This document shows positions 1 to 9,027 of a stretch of DNA of 32,000 bases, in pieces. The stretch lies in assembly GCA_964406405.1 (NCBI GenBank), contig CAYORN010000003.1, positions 146,689-178,688 of the forward strand, given 5' to 3'. Within the stretch, counting starts at the first letter, position 1. Every line of letters starts with the position of its first letter. Source of the DNA: an uncultured Alphaproteobacteria bacterium (lineage in GTDB: Bacteria; Electryoneota; RPQS01). The translations under genes were made by a program, and so were the position numbers. The notes under the pieces were generated by a model. That model searched no databases. It worked only from the letters and a program-made list of their open reading frames with translations, and had not been told where the DNA came from.

Positions 1-1
1 C

Positions 2-271
2 TGCTGTGCCGGCAATAGCTGGATCGCGTGTGATGCAGGAACCAAAGAGATACAGGCAAACCGCCTCGCCGAGGCGCGGAAAACCGGCGCAAGTGTGTTG
101 GTGACCGCCTGCCCGAAGTGCGAAATTCATCTCAAGTGTGCCCTTCATGATGAAGAGCATGCGGGTCTTGAGATTCAAGATCTCATCAGTCTGATTGCCG
201 AGGCGCTCCCGGAGAAAGCAGCCGGGACCGAATATGAATTGAATGTAGAATTAGCGAAGCAGCATGGATGA
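2..271 (+). CDS. CCG-domain heterodisulfide-reductase-like subunit (HdrB/HdrD/GlpC type), C-terminal fragment; the 5' end lies outside the window
   Basis: Frame 2 is open from the window edge to TGA at 269-271. It reads CCAGNSWIACDAGTKEIQANRLAEARKTGASVLVTACPKCEIHLKCAL... The CC(A)G ... CPxC cysteine pattern is typical of CCG domains. It sits directly upstream of hdrA on the same strand. It is absent from the ORF track because it has no start codon in the window. Confidence 0.6.
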   Translation, partial: CCAGNSWIACDAGTKEIQANRLAEARKTGASVLVTACPKCEIHLKCALHDEEHAGLEIQDLISLIAEALPEKAAGTEYELNVELAKQHG

Positions 272-313
272 CAAGCCATGCCAGTAACCAGAACTGGAAA
301 TGGAGGAATAGGG

Positions 314-2770
314 ATGTCCTCTGAACCCCTGAGGATCGGGGTCTTCGTCTGCGATTGCGGTCTCAATATCGCGGGAACGGTTGACACGGCGGCGGTGGCG
401 CAGTATGCCACCACCTTGCCGGATGTCGTGGCGGTGGTACGGAACCGGTACACTTGCGCGGATCCCGGTCAGAACGAGATTCGGCGGGCGATTCGCGAGC
501 ACGCCTTGAATCGCGTGGTGGTCGCCTCCTGTTCACCCGTCATGCACGAATCTACGTTCCGCGCGTGCGTCGAGGAAGCGGGTCTCAATCAATACCTGCT
601 GGAGATGGCGAACCTGCGAGAGCACTGCGCCTGGGTGCACACTCTGGAGCCCGAGAAAGCTACCGAGAAAGCCAAGGATCTGGTGCGCAGCGCCGTAGCA
701 CGCGCGAGACATCTCGAACCGCAAGAAGAGCTGAAGGTCCCGATTACGGATGCGGCGCTGGTGATCGGCGGAGGAGTGGCCGGCATTCAGGCGGCACTCG
801 ATCTCGCCGACGCAGGTCATCACGTGTATCTGGTGGAGCGAGAGGCCAGCCTCGGAGGTCTGATGGCGAGGCTGGACAAGACGTACCCCACGATGGACTG
901 CTCGATTTGAATCCTCGGACCTAAAATGATGGATGCCGGTCGGCATCCCCTAATCACGCTTTTTGTAAACAGCGAAGTCGAGGACGTCAAGGGCTACGTG
1001 GGCAACTTCAAAGTCCGCGTGCGCCGCAAGGCGAGATACGTCAATGAGAGCGAATGCACCAGTTGCGGCGACTGCGTCAAAGTCTGCCCTGTCGTCGTGC
1101 CGGATCCATTTCAAGAGGGTTTGTCCTCCCGCCGGGCGATTCATATTCCGTTCCCGCAGGCGGTTCCCTCCTCGTATCTGATCAATATGAATGACTGCCT
1201 GGGCGTCAACCCGATCGCCTGCGGGAAATGCGCCGAGGTCTGTGATAAGAAGTGCATCCATTACGACGACATGGATCGCTTCGAAGACATCTCGGTCGGC
1301 ACCGTGGTTGTGGCCACGGGCATGGATGTTTACGATCCAACCGAGTATGACGAGTATGGCTACACCCGCCATCCCGATGTCATCACGTCCATGGAATTCG
1401 AGCGCCTCATCAGTGCCGGCGGTCCCACGGAAGGTCACTTCATGCGGCCGTCCGACCGCCAACGGCCCAAGCGCATCGGATTTATCCAGTGCGTCGGTTC
1501 GCGCTCGGAAACCCGCGGCAATCCGTACTGCTCAAATATCTGCTGCATGAACACGGTCAAGGATACGCTGCTCCTGCGAGATCACTACCCCGACACCGAG
1601 TGCGTCGTTTTCTACTCGGACATCCGCGCTTTCGGCAAGGGATTCGAGGATCTTTACAAAAGGAGTCGTGAATCCGGCGTCAAGTACATCCGAGGCCTGC
1701 CGGGGGAAGTTTTGCAGAACAACGGCACGCTCACGGTCGTGGTGGAGAACACAGAGGCCGGAAAGATCGAGCGTCATGACCTGGACATGATCGTACTGTC
1801 CGTCGGAGTGATACCGCGGACCGACAATGCTGGTCTGAACAAACTGCTCACGCTGTCCCGCGACCGGAGCGGCTTCTATTTGGAAGCCCACCCGAAACTC
1901 AAGCCCGTGGATGCGACCACCAAGGGTGTGTTCTATGCCGGTTGCGCCGAGAGTCCTAAGGATGTGAAAGATTCCGTGACGCAAGCCGGAGCCTCTGCCG
2001 CCCGGGCCAGCATTATTCTTAACTCTGATCACATTACAGTCGAGGCGATTACCTCGCGTGTGGACGAGGCTCTGTGCACCGGGTGCAACGTCTGTGTCAA
2101 GGTTTGCCCGTACAACGCTATCATAGTCGGCACCAAGAAGGGTGCGCCGGTGACCGTCATCGAGGCTTCCTGTGCCGGTTGCGGAACCTGCGCCAGCGAA
2201 TGCAAGTTCGACGCCATTTCCATGCGGCACTTCTCGGACGAGGCGATCTACGCCCAGATTGATGCGATCCTCGAGTCCAACGCGAAGGACGTCTTGCTCA
2301 CCTTCGCCTGCAAGTGGTGTTCCTACTCGGGCGGGGACAATGCCGGAATCTCGCGACTCCAGTTTCCATCTCACGGCCGACTCGTCCGCACGATGTGTTC
2401 CGGCCGTGTCTCCGAAGATCACGTGCTCCACGCGTTTCGTCAAGGGGCGCCGATGGTGCTGGTTTCCGGGTGCCACTTCGCGGACTGTCATTACATCAAT
2501 GCGAATCGCTCCACGGTTCGCCGCGTGCGCAAACTATGGGACTATCTTGAGAAACGCGGAATACGGCCGGAGCGGCTGCAACTGGAGTGGATCAGCGCTG
2601 CCGAAGGCCAGAAGTTTGCGGAGGTGATGCGGGTGCTGGAACCCATGCGCGCCGCAGTGACCGCGGAGGAAATCGAGCACACAGTAAAGGTCCTGAACGC
2701 CGAATACGAGAAGGAGATGGCGAAAAAAACGCGCACTCCCGCTAAGACAGCGAGCCTGAGCCATGCCTGA
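314..2770 (+). CDS. hdrA: Heterodisulfide reductase subunit A fused to an MvhD/FlpD-like domain; selenoprotein with an in-frame UGA at 908-910
   Basis: Track ORFs 278..910 and 926..2770 share one frame and are separated only by TGA 908-910. Read-through gives ...[22 protein letters not shown]..., the conserved HdrA DCS[IM](C/U)IL.PKM motif. Other motifs: [13 protein letters not shown]-terminal Cys cluster; [17 protein letters not shown]-binding fold; ferredoxin motifs [24 protein letters not shown] and [11 protein letters not shown]. The C-terminal FACKWCSY...[11 protein letters not shown] is MvhD-like. Start placed at ATG 314 (GGAGGA at 302-307, 6-nt spacer); ATG 278 is the alternative. Confidence 0.9.
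908..948 (+). promoter_or_regulatory. UGA(Sec) recoding site with a bacterial-type SECIS-like hairpin
   Basis: GGAUGCC-GGUC-GGCAUCC forms a perfect 7-bp stem (931-937 / 942-948) with a 4-nt GGUC apical loop (938-941). The stem begins 20 nt after the UGA. From memory, the E. coli fdhF SECIS also has a GGUC apical loop. Confidence 0.7.
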
Positions 2771-2930
2771 AGTGAAATTCAAGTGTCTTCGTTGCGGCCA
2801 CGAGTACATGGAAAACTCGGACCCTGCCTTGGAACCTGTGGAGCGCACGTGTCCCAAGTGCCGTTCCAACAGTATTCGCCTGCTTCCGACGCCGGCACCC
2901 GCGAAGGAAGCGCCCGCCTCGCGACAATAA
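2763..2930 (+). CDS. Small zinc-ribbon protein (55 aa), below the ORF-track size cutoff
   Basis: ATG 2763 overlaps the hdrA stop (ATGCCTGA), which suggests translational coupling. It translates to [55 protein letters not shown], with two CxxC pairs. There is no strong Shine-Dalgarno sequence. Confidence 0.5.
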   Translation: MPEVKFKCLRCGHEYMENSDPALEPVERTCPKCRSNSIRLLPTPAPAKEAPASRQ

Positions 2931-2968
2931 TCGCGTTGCCGAACTAAGGCAATCCAAACACGTTCAAC

Positions 2969-3011
2969 AAACGAAACTGGGCTAGACATGTGGTCTAACC
3001 CGGTTTCGTTT
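2969..3011 (+). terminator. Long imperfect hairpin downstream of the hdr operon (possible terminator)
   Basis: Outer arms AAACGAAAC (2969-2977) and GTTTCGTTT (3003-3011). Inner arms TGGGCTAGAC (2978-2987) and GTCTAACCCG (2993-3002) have one mismatch and one G-U pair, with a 5-nt loop. It is followed by TCTCT rather than a clean U-tract. Confidence 0.35.
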
Positions 3012-3430
3012 CTCTGGATGTGCTCATGTTGCGTGCAACCCGTCGAAAGTGATGCGCTTCTTCAGCACTCACGCCGATGGACCTCCATCCGCTCGTCTTG
3101 TCTTCCGTCAGCACATTTGGGACAGTTGGCCCAGTGACGACGATGATCTTTAGCCACGTCACCCCGGAGCATCTCTCCCGCATCGTCGAACAGTTGCCGT
3201 ACTGAAGCAAAGGAGACCGAAATGTAGGTCTCTTTCTTTTCCTTGCGATGCCTCTCGTTACCCTTCAAAACGTCGGAAAATGCCGCTCAATTATCTATGA
3301 TCAGTGTGCTACCACTTCGTCCACGTGGACGAATCATGGACGAAATAGTTGTCGCTGCTTGTCAAACATTGGACTTACACCGCACCCAACGGCAATGAGT
3401 CCTCCAAACAAAAATCCTGCAAGTCATTGA

Positions 3431-3496
3431 CTTACAGGATCTTTAGTTGTGCACCCACCTGGACTCGAACCAGGAACCCGCTGATTAGGAGTCAGC
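3431..3496 (-). repeat. Displaced 3' half of tRNA-Lys (att-type direct repeat, distal copy); not a functional tRNA
   Basis: 3450-3496 matches 22319-22365 at 46 of 47 nt, from the tRNA 3' end through the T-arm and variable loop to the 5' strand of the anticodon stem. The single mismatch changes the anticodon CTT to CCT. Similarity continues past the tRNA 3' end (3431-3449 vs 22301-22318, one indel). No D-arm or 5' acceptor strand follows. Confidence 0.85.
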
Positions 3497-3970
3497 GAAC
3501 GATACTTGATTTTAATTAACTTATGAACTGCGAGTGACGGTTTTGTGCCAGAAGTTGCGGAGGTCATGTGTGACTTCAACTGCGGCCTGTCACGTGGTGA
3601 CAACAAATGTCAGTAATCGGGGTGGGGAAGAGGATGATTTCCCACGCGACGCAACTACAGATGAGAACAGGATGCGCACATCTCTATCTGGCTAGCCGTC
3701 GCCAAGGACTACCCCAATCGATCGTAGTCCGAGACATCATGACCGCAGAAGCCTTTGCCTCATTTACTAACGCCAAGTCACGCCTTAATCCATGGCCCAA
3801 CAAGGAATTAACGCTAAGTATCCACCTCCCAAGCAAGCGACTCGCTAAATTATCAACATTTGACGCTTACCTTGATAATGTTCAGTAATTTGAGTAGCTT
3901 AGAATAGGGTTCTGGGGGCACGACTTCACCCCCGAGGATTTGGCCGCCCATTTTGTCTTGGAGCAAACGG

Positions 3971-4402
3971 ATGGTTGCTATTCTCAAGAAATGGAAATTG
4001 CGCTGGCAGAAGAAACCAGAGCAAGAGCTCGCGTCGAATGACATCATGTCTTCTATCGGGAGTCCTGTCGCCGAACCAAGCGCGGAAATGACTCGCCAGA
4101 TGCTGCAGTTCTTGCGAAATCCTGTTCTAATGCAGCAGATGGATGATCTCTTGGGAAAGGTCGGTCTTGGTGAATACGTACTGCCGCTTTATCGAAACGC
4201 GGCTGCAGAAATTCGTGAGGAAGACGTTCACTTGCTGGCAAAGCTGCTGAACAAACCAGAGCAAAATCATGTCTTCAGTGAGGATGAAATTCGGCGAGCA
4301 CTGATTCATTATCGTGTGGCTTCCTCGGCGCAATCCGTCGCCGAACAGGCGCGCGTATTTCGCGATTCTGGCACCTCATCAAGTCCCATCGGTGGACGGT
4401 AA
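3971..4402 (+). CDS. Hypothetical protein (about 143 aa)
   Basis: This is track ORF 3953..4402, which starts at TTG. The in-frame ATG 3971 has GGAG at 3960-3963 with a 7-nt spacer. I recognise no domain. Confidence 0.5.
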   Translation: MVAILKKWKLRWQKKPEQELASNDIMSSIGSPVAEPSAEMTRQMLQFLRNPVLMQQMDDLLGKVGLGEYVLPLYRNAAAEIREEDVHLLAKLLNKPEQNHVFSEDEIRRALIHYRVASSAQSVAEQARVFRDSGTSSSPIGGR

Positions 4403-4496
4403 AGAACTCTTCAGCGGCGAAGACTGTCCTCCTCCCTATTTGCCAACCTAAAATACGTGTTTTGCGTTACGAGTTCTCTTATTTCGGTCCTATCAC

Positions 4497-4841
4497 ATGA
4501 TGACTTCTAATCATCCCGACGGCGAGAAGCCCAAGCAGCCTGCGAACAAGACATCACCCGATCTCGATCTGAGTCAATTCGCCAATCTGATTGATCCAGC
4601 CACAGGCAAGACTTTTAGGGATGCCATGAGCGCGAAAGCCGAGCTGCTCAACCTTAAGGCGACACACTTTCATGACACCGGCGTGCGCGATTCGGCGATG
4701 CTTACGAGTGCGCCTCCGCCAGCGTATCAGTTCAGTGATCCGTATCGCGCTTCCGCTTCACGACACATTCCGCGCCGAAGTCGCATCAAAGCGTTTCTCA
4801 ATGGCGGTTTGAAAGAGCTCTTTCGCAAGAAATCGCGATAG
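4497..4841 (+). CDS. Hypothetical protein with a conserved basic C-terminal tail (paralog of 4861..5223)
   Basis: The ORF ends in ...IPRRSRIKAFLNGGLKELFRKKSR. This tail is shared with the next ORF at both protein and DNA level. Confidence 0.5.
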   Translation: MMTSNHPDGEKPKQPANKTSPDLDLSQFANLIDPATGKTFRDAMSAKAELLNLKATHFHDTGVRDSAMLTSAPPPAYQFSDPYRASASRHIPRRSRIKAFLNGGLKELFRKKSR

Positions 4842-4860
4842 GAAATCTGCCGCCTCTTTA

Positions 4861-5223
4861 ATGAGCCCATTCATGATTGATTCATCATCATCCACAAATC
4901 CTTCCCCGCCCGGAGATTCGGCACCCAAAGCCGATAAATCTCACCTTGACTTGAAACCCTCCGATGCCCAACAGAGTGCGATGAAGGCTCTGTCGTCTGA
5001 CGAGCAGGCAAGGGCCTATCACGGCGGACAGTATGCTGACGCGTCCATGACCGTTCGCCAGCCGGCAGAGCCAATTCGCGTCTCCAGCCAACTAACACCT
5101 GATGAAATAGAATTTCTAAGGGACCATGGTATTCTGATTTCTACTTCACCGCGTGCTCCGCGCCGAAGTCGCATCAAAGCGTTTCTTAGTCGCGGTTTGA
5201 AAAAACTCTTTCGCATGAGATAG
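4861..5223 (+). CDS. Hypothetical protein with a conserved basic C-terminal tail (paralog of 4497..4841)
   Basis: The ORF ends in ...APRRSRIKAFLSRGLKKLFRMR. It shares 29 identical nt (ccgcgccgaagtcgcatcaaagcgtttct) with the upstream paralog. Confidence 0.5.
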   Translation: MSPFMIDSSSSTNPSPPGDSAPKADKSHLDLKPSDAQQSAMKALSSDEQARAYHGGQYADASMTVRQPAEPIRVSSQLTPDEIEFLRDHGILISTSPRAPRRSRIKAFLSRGLKKLFRMR

Positions 5224-5351
5224 CCATCAGAGTCCTGCTGCCTTATGTCATTGACTGGCGAGCTTGATTGGTTGCGACCTAGCGCTGGCTCCGGCGGCAC
5301 ACAACCGACTGCAATTCTGTTTCACGCACGGCGTTCATAAGGAGATACTCA

Positions 5352-5720
5352 ATGCTAACTTCATCATCGCCCAAGGATCCTCCACTGCCTGGAGATCAAG
5401 TAGCCAATTCGAGCGAATTATACGCAAAAGTATACGGGTTGCTGAAAAGACAAAATGAAACCTTAAAAGAAGATAATGATGGATTGCAAAGGGAAGATGA
5501 ACGCATTCGGAGGCTCTTGGAGTCAGTCAAGACTCTCGAGCTAAGTGACGACGATATTCAGAAGATTTTGCCTGACCTGGTTCAGGCGCTCATTCCGAAC
5601 GCTTCCAGCGAAAGGGTGAAGGCATTCCGTGATCATGGCGGAAAGGATGAGGCTATGATGGTGTCTTGCAGACGAGAAATCCGTCCAGAGGAATTCACCG
5701 ACTCACGACGATACAAGTAG
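5352..5720 (+). CDS. Hypothetical charged, coiled-coil-like protein (122 aa)
   Basis: AAGGAG lies 7 nt upstream of ATG 5352. The sequence is rich in heptad-like charged stretches (KRQNETLKEDNDGLQREDERIRRLLESVKTLE). Confidence 0.6.
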   Translation: MLTSSSPKDPPLPGDQVANSSELYAKVYGLLKRQNETLKEDNDGLQREDERIRRLLESVKTLELSDDDIQKILPDLVQALIPNASSERVKAFRDHGGKDEAMMVSCRREIRPEEFTDSRRYK

Positions 5721-5794
5721 CACAAGCGGCTCGCCGTCGAGGCAATGCGGTCCGCGATTTGATCACTGATTAGTCTTGATGGTCAACGCGGCGA

Positions 5795-8700
5795 CTATGG
5801 CCACAATTCTGCTAGGTCTCGTGGCACGACAGTTGCAAAGACATCTAAGCCATCCCCCTTCCCAACTATGAATGAAGACTCCAACGCACGATTAAGAGAT
5901 TCCCACAGCACCGTTTGTTCCGCACTCAATTTCCCCTTCGTTCGTTGCAAGATCGGCATCAGGCTCCAGCGGATATTGATGGCCGGAGCATAGAGGGGCT
6001 TGACCGCAAGTAGTGACAGCACTTGCCCGCTAAACAGATCGGCGGGCTCTCTGGCGAGAAAAGCCGTCAGAATTCTCAAGAGGAGAATGCGGCCGCTAAG
6101 CAGATCATGCGATGCCTGATTGAACTCCCAACCAGTCTTGAGCGCGGCTTTGGCCAAGTCATAATCTCCATTCATGAGTAACGCCGCACCAAGCGCTTGA
6201 TATCGGTGGGCCATTTTGTGGGAATTCAACGGAACCTCGAGTGACTGGTATCCGTTAGCTTCTTGAAACTCGTTGATGGCACGCGGATACTCGCTGGCAG
6301 AGAGCGAGTTCACCCCAATGTTACTTAAGTATAAAGCCATTCTCGAACTGTCCCGCCCGTAACACTCCTCCGCAGTCCGCCTAGCATCTTTCAGAATCTC
6401 GCGTGCAGCTACGATCTCTCCACGATCCTCGATTATCCGTGCGAGAATGATCAAGACAGTCGCCTCAATGGGGCGATTTCTTATGTCCCATCCCTTGGCG
6501 TATGAACAGGCATTCCGAATTAAAAGTTCTGCTTCCTCGTCCTCGTGTCGATTACGAAGCGCTTCGGCAAGTGTAGCAGTGTCTTGGCATACCGTCGGGT
6601 GTGATTCACCTAAGCGATTGCGGCCGGACATCACAGCGCGTCTGAACAAACTGATGGCGTCATCAAGACGGCACATATCTTGATAGACCAAACCAAGGTT
6701 GATCTGACTAAGCGCAATCTCGTCACTATCCTCAACAAAGAGCTCTTGCGCCCGTCGCAGTGCATTTTCTAAGACAGGCGCGGCGTCATCGAGACGGCAC
6801 GTTGCCCGATATAAGCAGCCCAAATTCGTCGCAGTTTCCCATTGCAACCGAGCATTGGCATCACTATTCTTACAAATACTCCGGATGGAGAGTAGATGTC
6901 GTTCTGCTGCTCCCATGTTTCCCAAATGCAGGTTGTTGACGGCGATAAGATTGTGACACGACGTCACCGGGACATTAGGTCCACTCCGATCTTCACTCAG
7001 CGCTCGCAGTGTATGAGATGCCATCTGCAAAGCACTACTGTATTGTCCTACTTGTGTGAGAGCGGAACTTGTCTTCAACGCAAGGGACTGACCGAACGGA
7101 CGATTGTGAGTTAATGAGTGCTTAGATGCAGCCACCAGCGATTCAAGTTCCCATTCTGGGAATCCAAATAGAATTGAAGTGTCACATAAGAGTGCGCGAT
7201 TTATCAAATAGGAACTCATACGATAACTTACCGATAGCGACTGCGACCGAGTCGCATCAAGAATAGTCTCTTGAACCATACGGTGCATGCGGGTCAGCCG
7301 GGGCGTGCGATGATCATCTTCGAAATCCCCGATTTGTAGCAGTCGAAGGCTCAATAGATTGTTGACTAACAGCAACCACGGATCCTCATAGCCAGGGGGA
7401 GCGTCTTGACCTAACTTAGGAAAGTCTTCAGTAACAAGTGTCCGTAACCATGGAAGCGGAATGCTGTCGGGTGGCAATAATGCGGCGTAAGACAGCGTAA
7501 GCAGCTCATCTTGCCCAAGTAGAGCAAGCGTTGGCGCCAAAGTAGCTGATATTAGTCTTTCGCCATGCCTGATGCCGGTCTTGGTTGCCCTGGCCATTCC
7601 CTCCAATCCGGGCAGCCCTTCACGTCGCAGCCGCTCAAGCAACGCGGAGCACGTGATACTTCCAGTGCGTTCGCCGAGATGAATGGCCACTACCTCGATA
7701 GCGAGGGTGAATCCTCCAAGAAGTGCAGCGATCTCAAATGCCGCTGTACGCTCGGTTTCATCCGAGAAGTGCTCGCCGGGTTGGTAGCTCTCAATGAGTC
7801 TCAAGGCGTCCGTAGGGGGCAGTTCGTCCACGCAAAGCAGCGCGTGTTGATTGGGATCAAGTCCAATGTCGTCGGCACCCAAACGTGTAGTGGCCAGTAC
7901 GCGTAACCAGTGTTTGCCGGTCAGGATATCGGATTGTGGCGGTTTGAGCAATTCAGGTGAATCTACGTTGTCGAGCATCAGCAAGACCATAGGTTCAGGT
8001 GGGTGCTTATCACCGGAATGCGTGTCAGCTCCTCGAATCGCGCGCCGTTCCAGTTCCGCTAAGATGCGTTTGGCAGATCGCAGATCGTCTTTCTTCTCAT
8101 CCTCTGTCAAAGTTACGCCCAAATCAGACTCGAGCTTACGAAGTGCGGAGAGCAGGCAGGATTCACCTGCGCAACCGATCAGCCAGCGGCCGCCGGGATA
8201 AAAGTCGGCGTAGGCGTATGCATACTGGATAGCAAGGGAAGTCTTCCCTAACCCACCCAGACCTTGGAGAGCTGTCACAATGCCGAACTTGCCCAAGCCA
8301 ACTGCTTCATGAAGACGCCTCATCTCATCTTCGCGTCCTACAAACCGGGGGTTATGTGCGGGCAAGTTGCCTTGTGCCGCCGTAATCCGACGTAATCTAG
8401 ATAGCTTGGTGTGAAGCGAGTGCTCAAGGTCTTCAAGTCTCTTGCGAACATCTAAGCGCCGGAGCGCACCAACGCCCTCACTGTACCACGGGCGAAGGTC
8501 AAAGTAATTCCGCCGTCGCACGCTCTTCATCCAAGCCGATGCGTGCTGGTCGAAGTCCGGCGCATTAAGGCCGGGAATCTCAACGAAATAGATCGGTGCA
8601 ACGCCCTGTCCCTGTGCGGCTCGTGATTGCTCATACTTGAGATACTCGACAACTTCCCATTCGCAGTAATTGCTCACAAGGTAGTTAGGAGACAGGATGA

Positions 8701-8905
8701 TTAGCAAGATGTTCGACTGACGGAGACCCTCGAGAATACGATGCCGCCAGTCGTCCATGCCGTCAATGTCTTCAATATCGAAGAAACAGCGGAGGTTCTC
8801 ACACGCAAATTCGCGGTAGTCAGCTTCGATCTGCTGCTTGAATTCTGTGATACGTCCCGTTGTGTTGTCGCGTCGCGAATAGGAAATAAAAAGGTCGTAC
8901 GCCAT
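5795..8905 (-). CDS. TIR - NB-ARC/STAND NTPase - TPR protein (bacterial TNL-like NLR)
   Basis: N-terminus YDLFISYSRRD...ILLIILSPNYLVSNYCEWEVVE is a TIR domain that keeps the conserved Glu region. FVGREDEMRRL...GLGGLGKTSLA is the P-loop (about 8240-8263). MVLLMLDNVD is Walker B. The C-terminal roughly 450 aa are TPR-like helical repeats. The track ORF starts at TTG 8932. I prefer ATG 8905, which has GAGGAG upstream. Confidence 0.9.
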   Translation of the reverse strand: MAYDLFISYSRRDNTTGRITEFKQQIEADYREFACENLRCFFDIEDIDGMDDWRHRILEGLRQSNILLIILSPNYLVSNYCEWEVVEYLKYEQSRAAQGQGVAPIYFVEIPGLNAPDFDQHASAWMKSVRRRNYFDLRPWYSEGVGALRRLDVRKRLEDLEHSLHTKLSRLRRITAAQGNLPAHNPRFVGREDEMRRLHEAVGLGKFGIVTALQGLGGLGKTSLAIQYAYAYADFYPGGRWLIGCAGESCLLSALRKLESDLGVTLTEDEKKDDLRSAKRILAELERRAIRGADTHSGDKHPPEPMVLLMLDNVDSPELLKPPQSDILTGKHWLRVLATTRLGADDIGLDPNQHALLCVDELPPTDALRLIESYQPGEHFSDETERTAAFEIAALLGGFTLAIEVVAIHLGERTGSITCSALLERLRREGLPGLEGMARATKTGIRHGERLISATLAPTLALLGQDELLTLSYAALLPPDSIPLPWLRTLVTEDFPKLGQDAPPGYEDPWLLLVNNLLSLRLLQIGDFEDDHRTPRLTRMHRMVQETILDATRSQSLSVSYRMSSYLINRALLCDTSILFGFPEWELESLVAASKHSLTHNRPFGQSLALKTSSALTQVGQYSSALQMASHTLRALSEDRSGPNVPVTSCHNLIAVNNLHLGNMGAAERHLLSIRSICKNSDANARLQWETATNLGCLYRATCRLDDAAPVLENALRRAQELFVEDSDEIALSQINLGLVYQDMCRLDDAISLFRRAVMSGRNRLGESHPTVCQDTATLAEALRNRHEDEEAELLIRNACSYAKGWDIRNRPIEATVLIILARIIEDRGEIVAAREILKDARRTAEECYGRDSSRMALYLSNIGVNSLSASEYPRAINEFQEANGYQSLEVPLNSHKMAHRYQALGAALLMNGDYDLAKAALKTGWEFNQASHDLLSGRILLLRILTAFLAREPADLFSGQVLSLLAVKPLYAPAINIRWSLMPILQRTKGKLSAEQTVLWESLNRALESSFIVGKGDGLDVFATVVPRDLAELWP

Positions 8906-9027
8906 TAAGGCAAGACTCCTCTTTGGAGACAACGCTAGCGTAGCGAAGTGAAGATCTTAAGCATCGGGAAATACCCGATGCGCGAGTCGAAGGATTATTC
9001 TGCAGTAACTAATGGCGGACAGCGCCT

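Noticed and set aside
926-2770. ATG 926 as the start of an independent gene, with 278..910 as a separate short gene
   Set aside because: Both share one frame and are separated by a single TGA at the conserved Cys/Sec position of HdrA, with a SECIS-like hairpin downstream. I treat them as one selenoprotein gene.
2995-3268. Minus-strand ORFs 2995..3210 and 3062..3268 as integrase or excisionase remnants next to the att site
   Set aside because: I found no recombinase motifs (no R..H.LR...Y-type signatures) and only a vague HTH-like stretch. They also lie outside the repeat-bounded island. Not supportable without a profile search.
3450-3530. A possible second tRNA (the anticodon loop would read CCU, Arg)
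   Set aside because: Only the 3' half is present. The sequence where the D-arm and 5' acceptor strand should be (aatcaagtatcgttc...) cannot pair with the 3' acceptor strand. It is a displaced att fragment.
3248-3606. Track ORFs 3248..3430 (+) and 3424..3606 (-)
   Set aside because: They are short, lack an RBS, and overlap the tRNA-fragment repeat. They are most likely chance ORFs in the junction region.
3607-3888. Track ORF 3607..3888 (+), 93 aa
   Set aside because: It has no convincing RBS or recognisable features. It is left uncalled and could still be a real small island gene.
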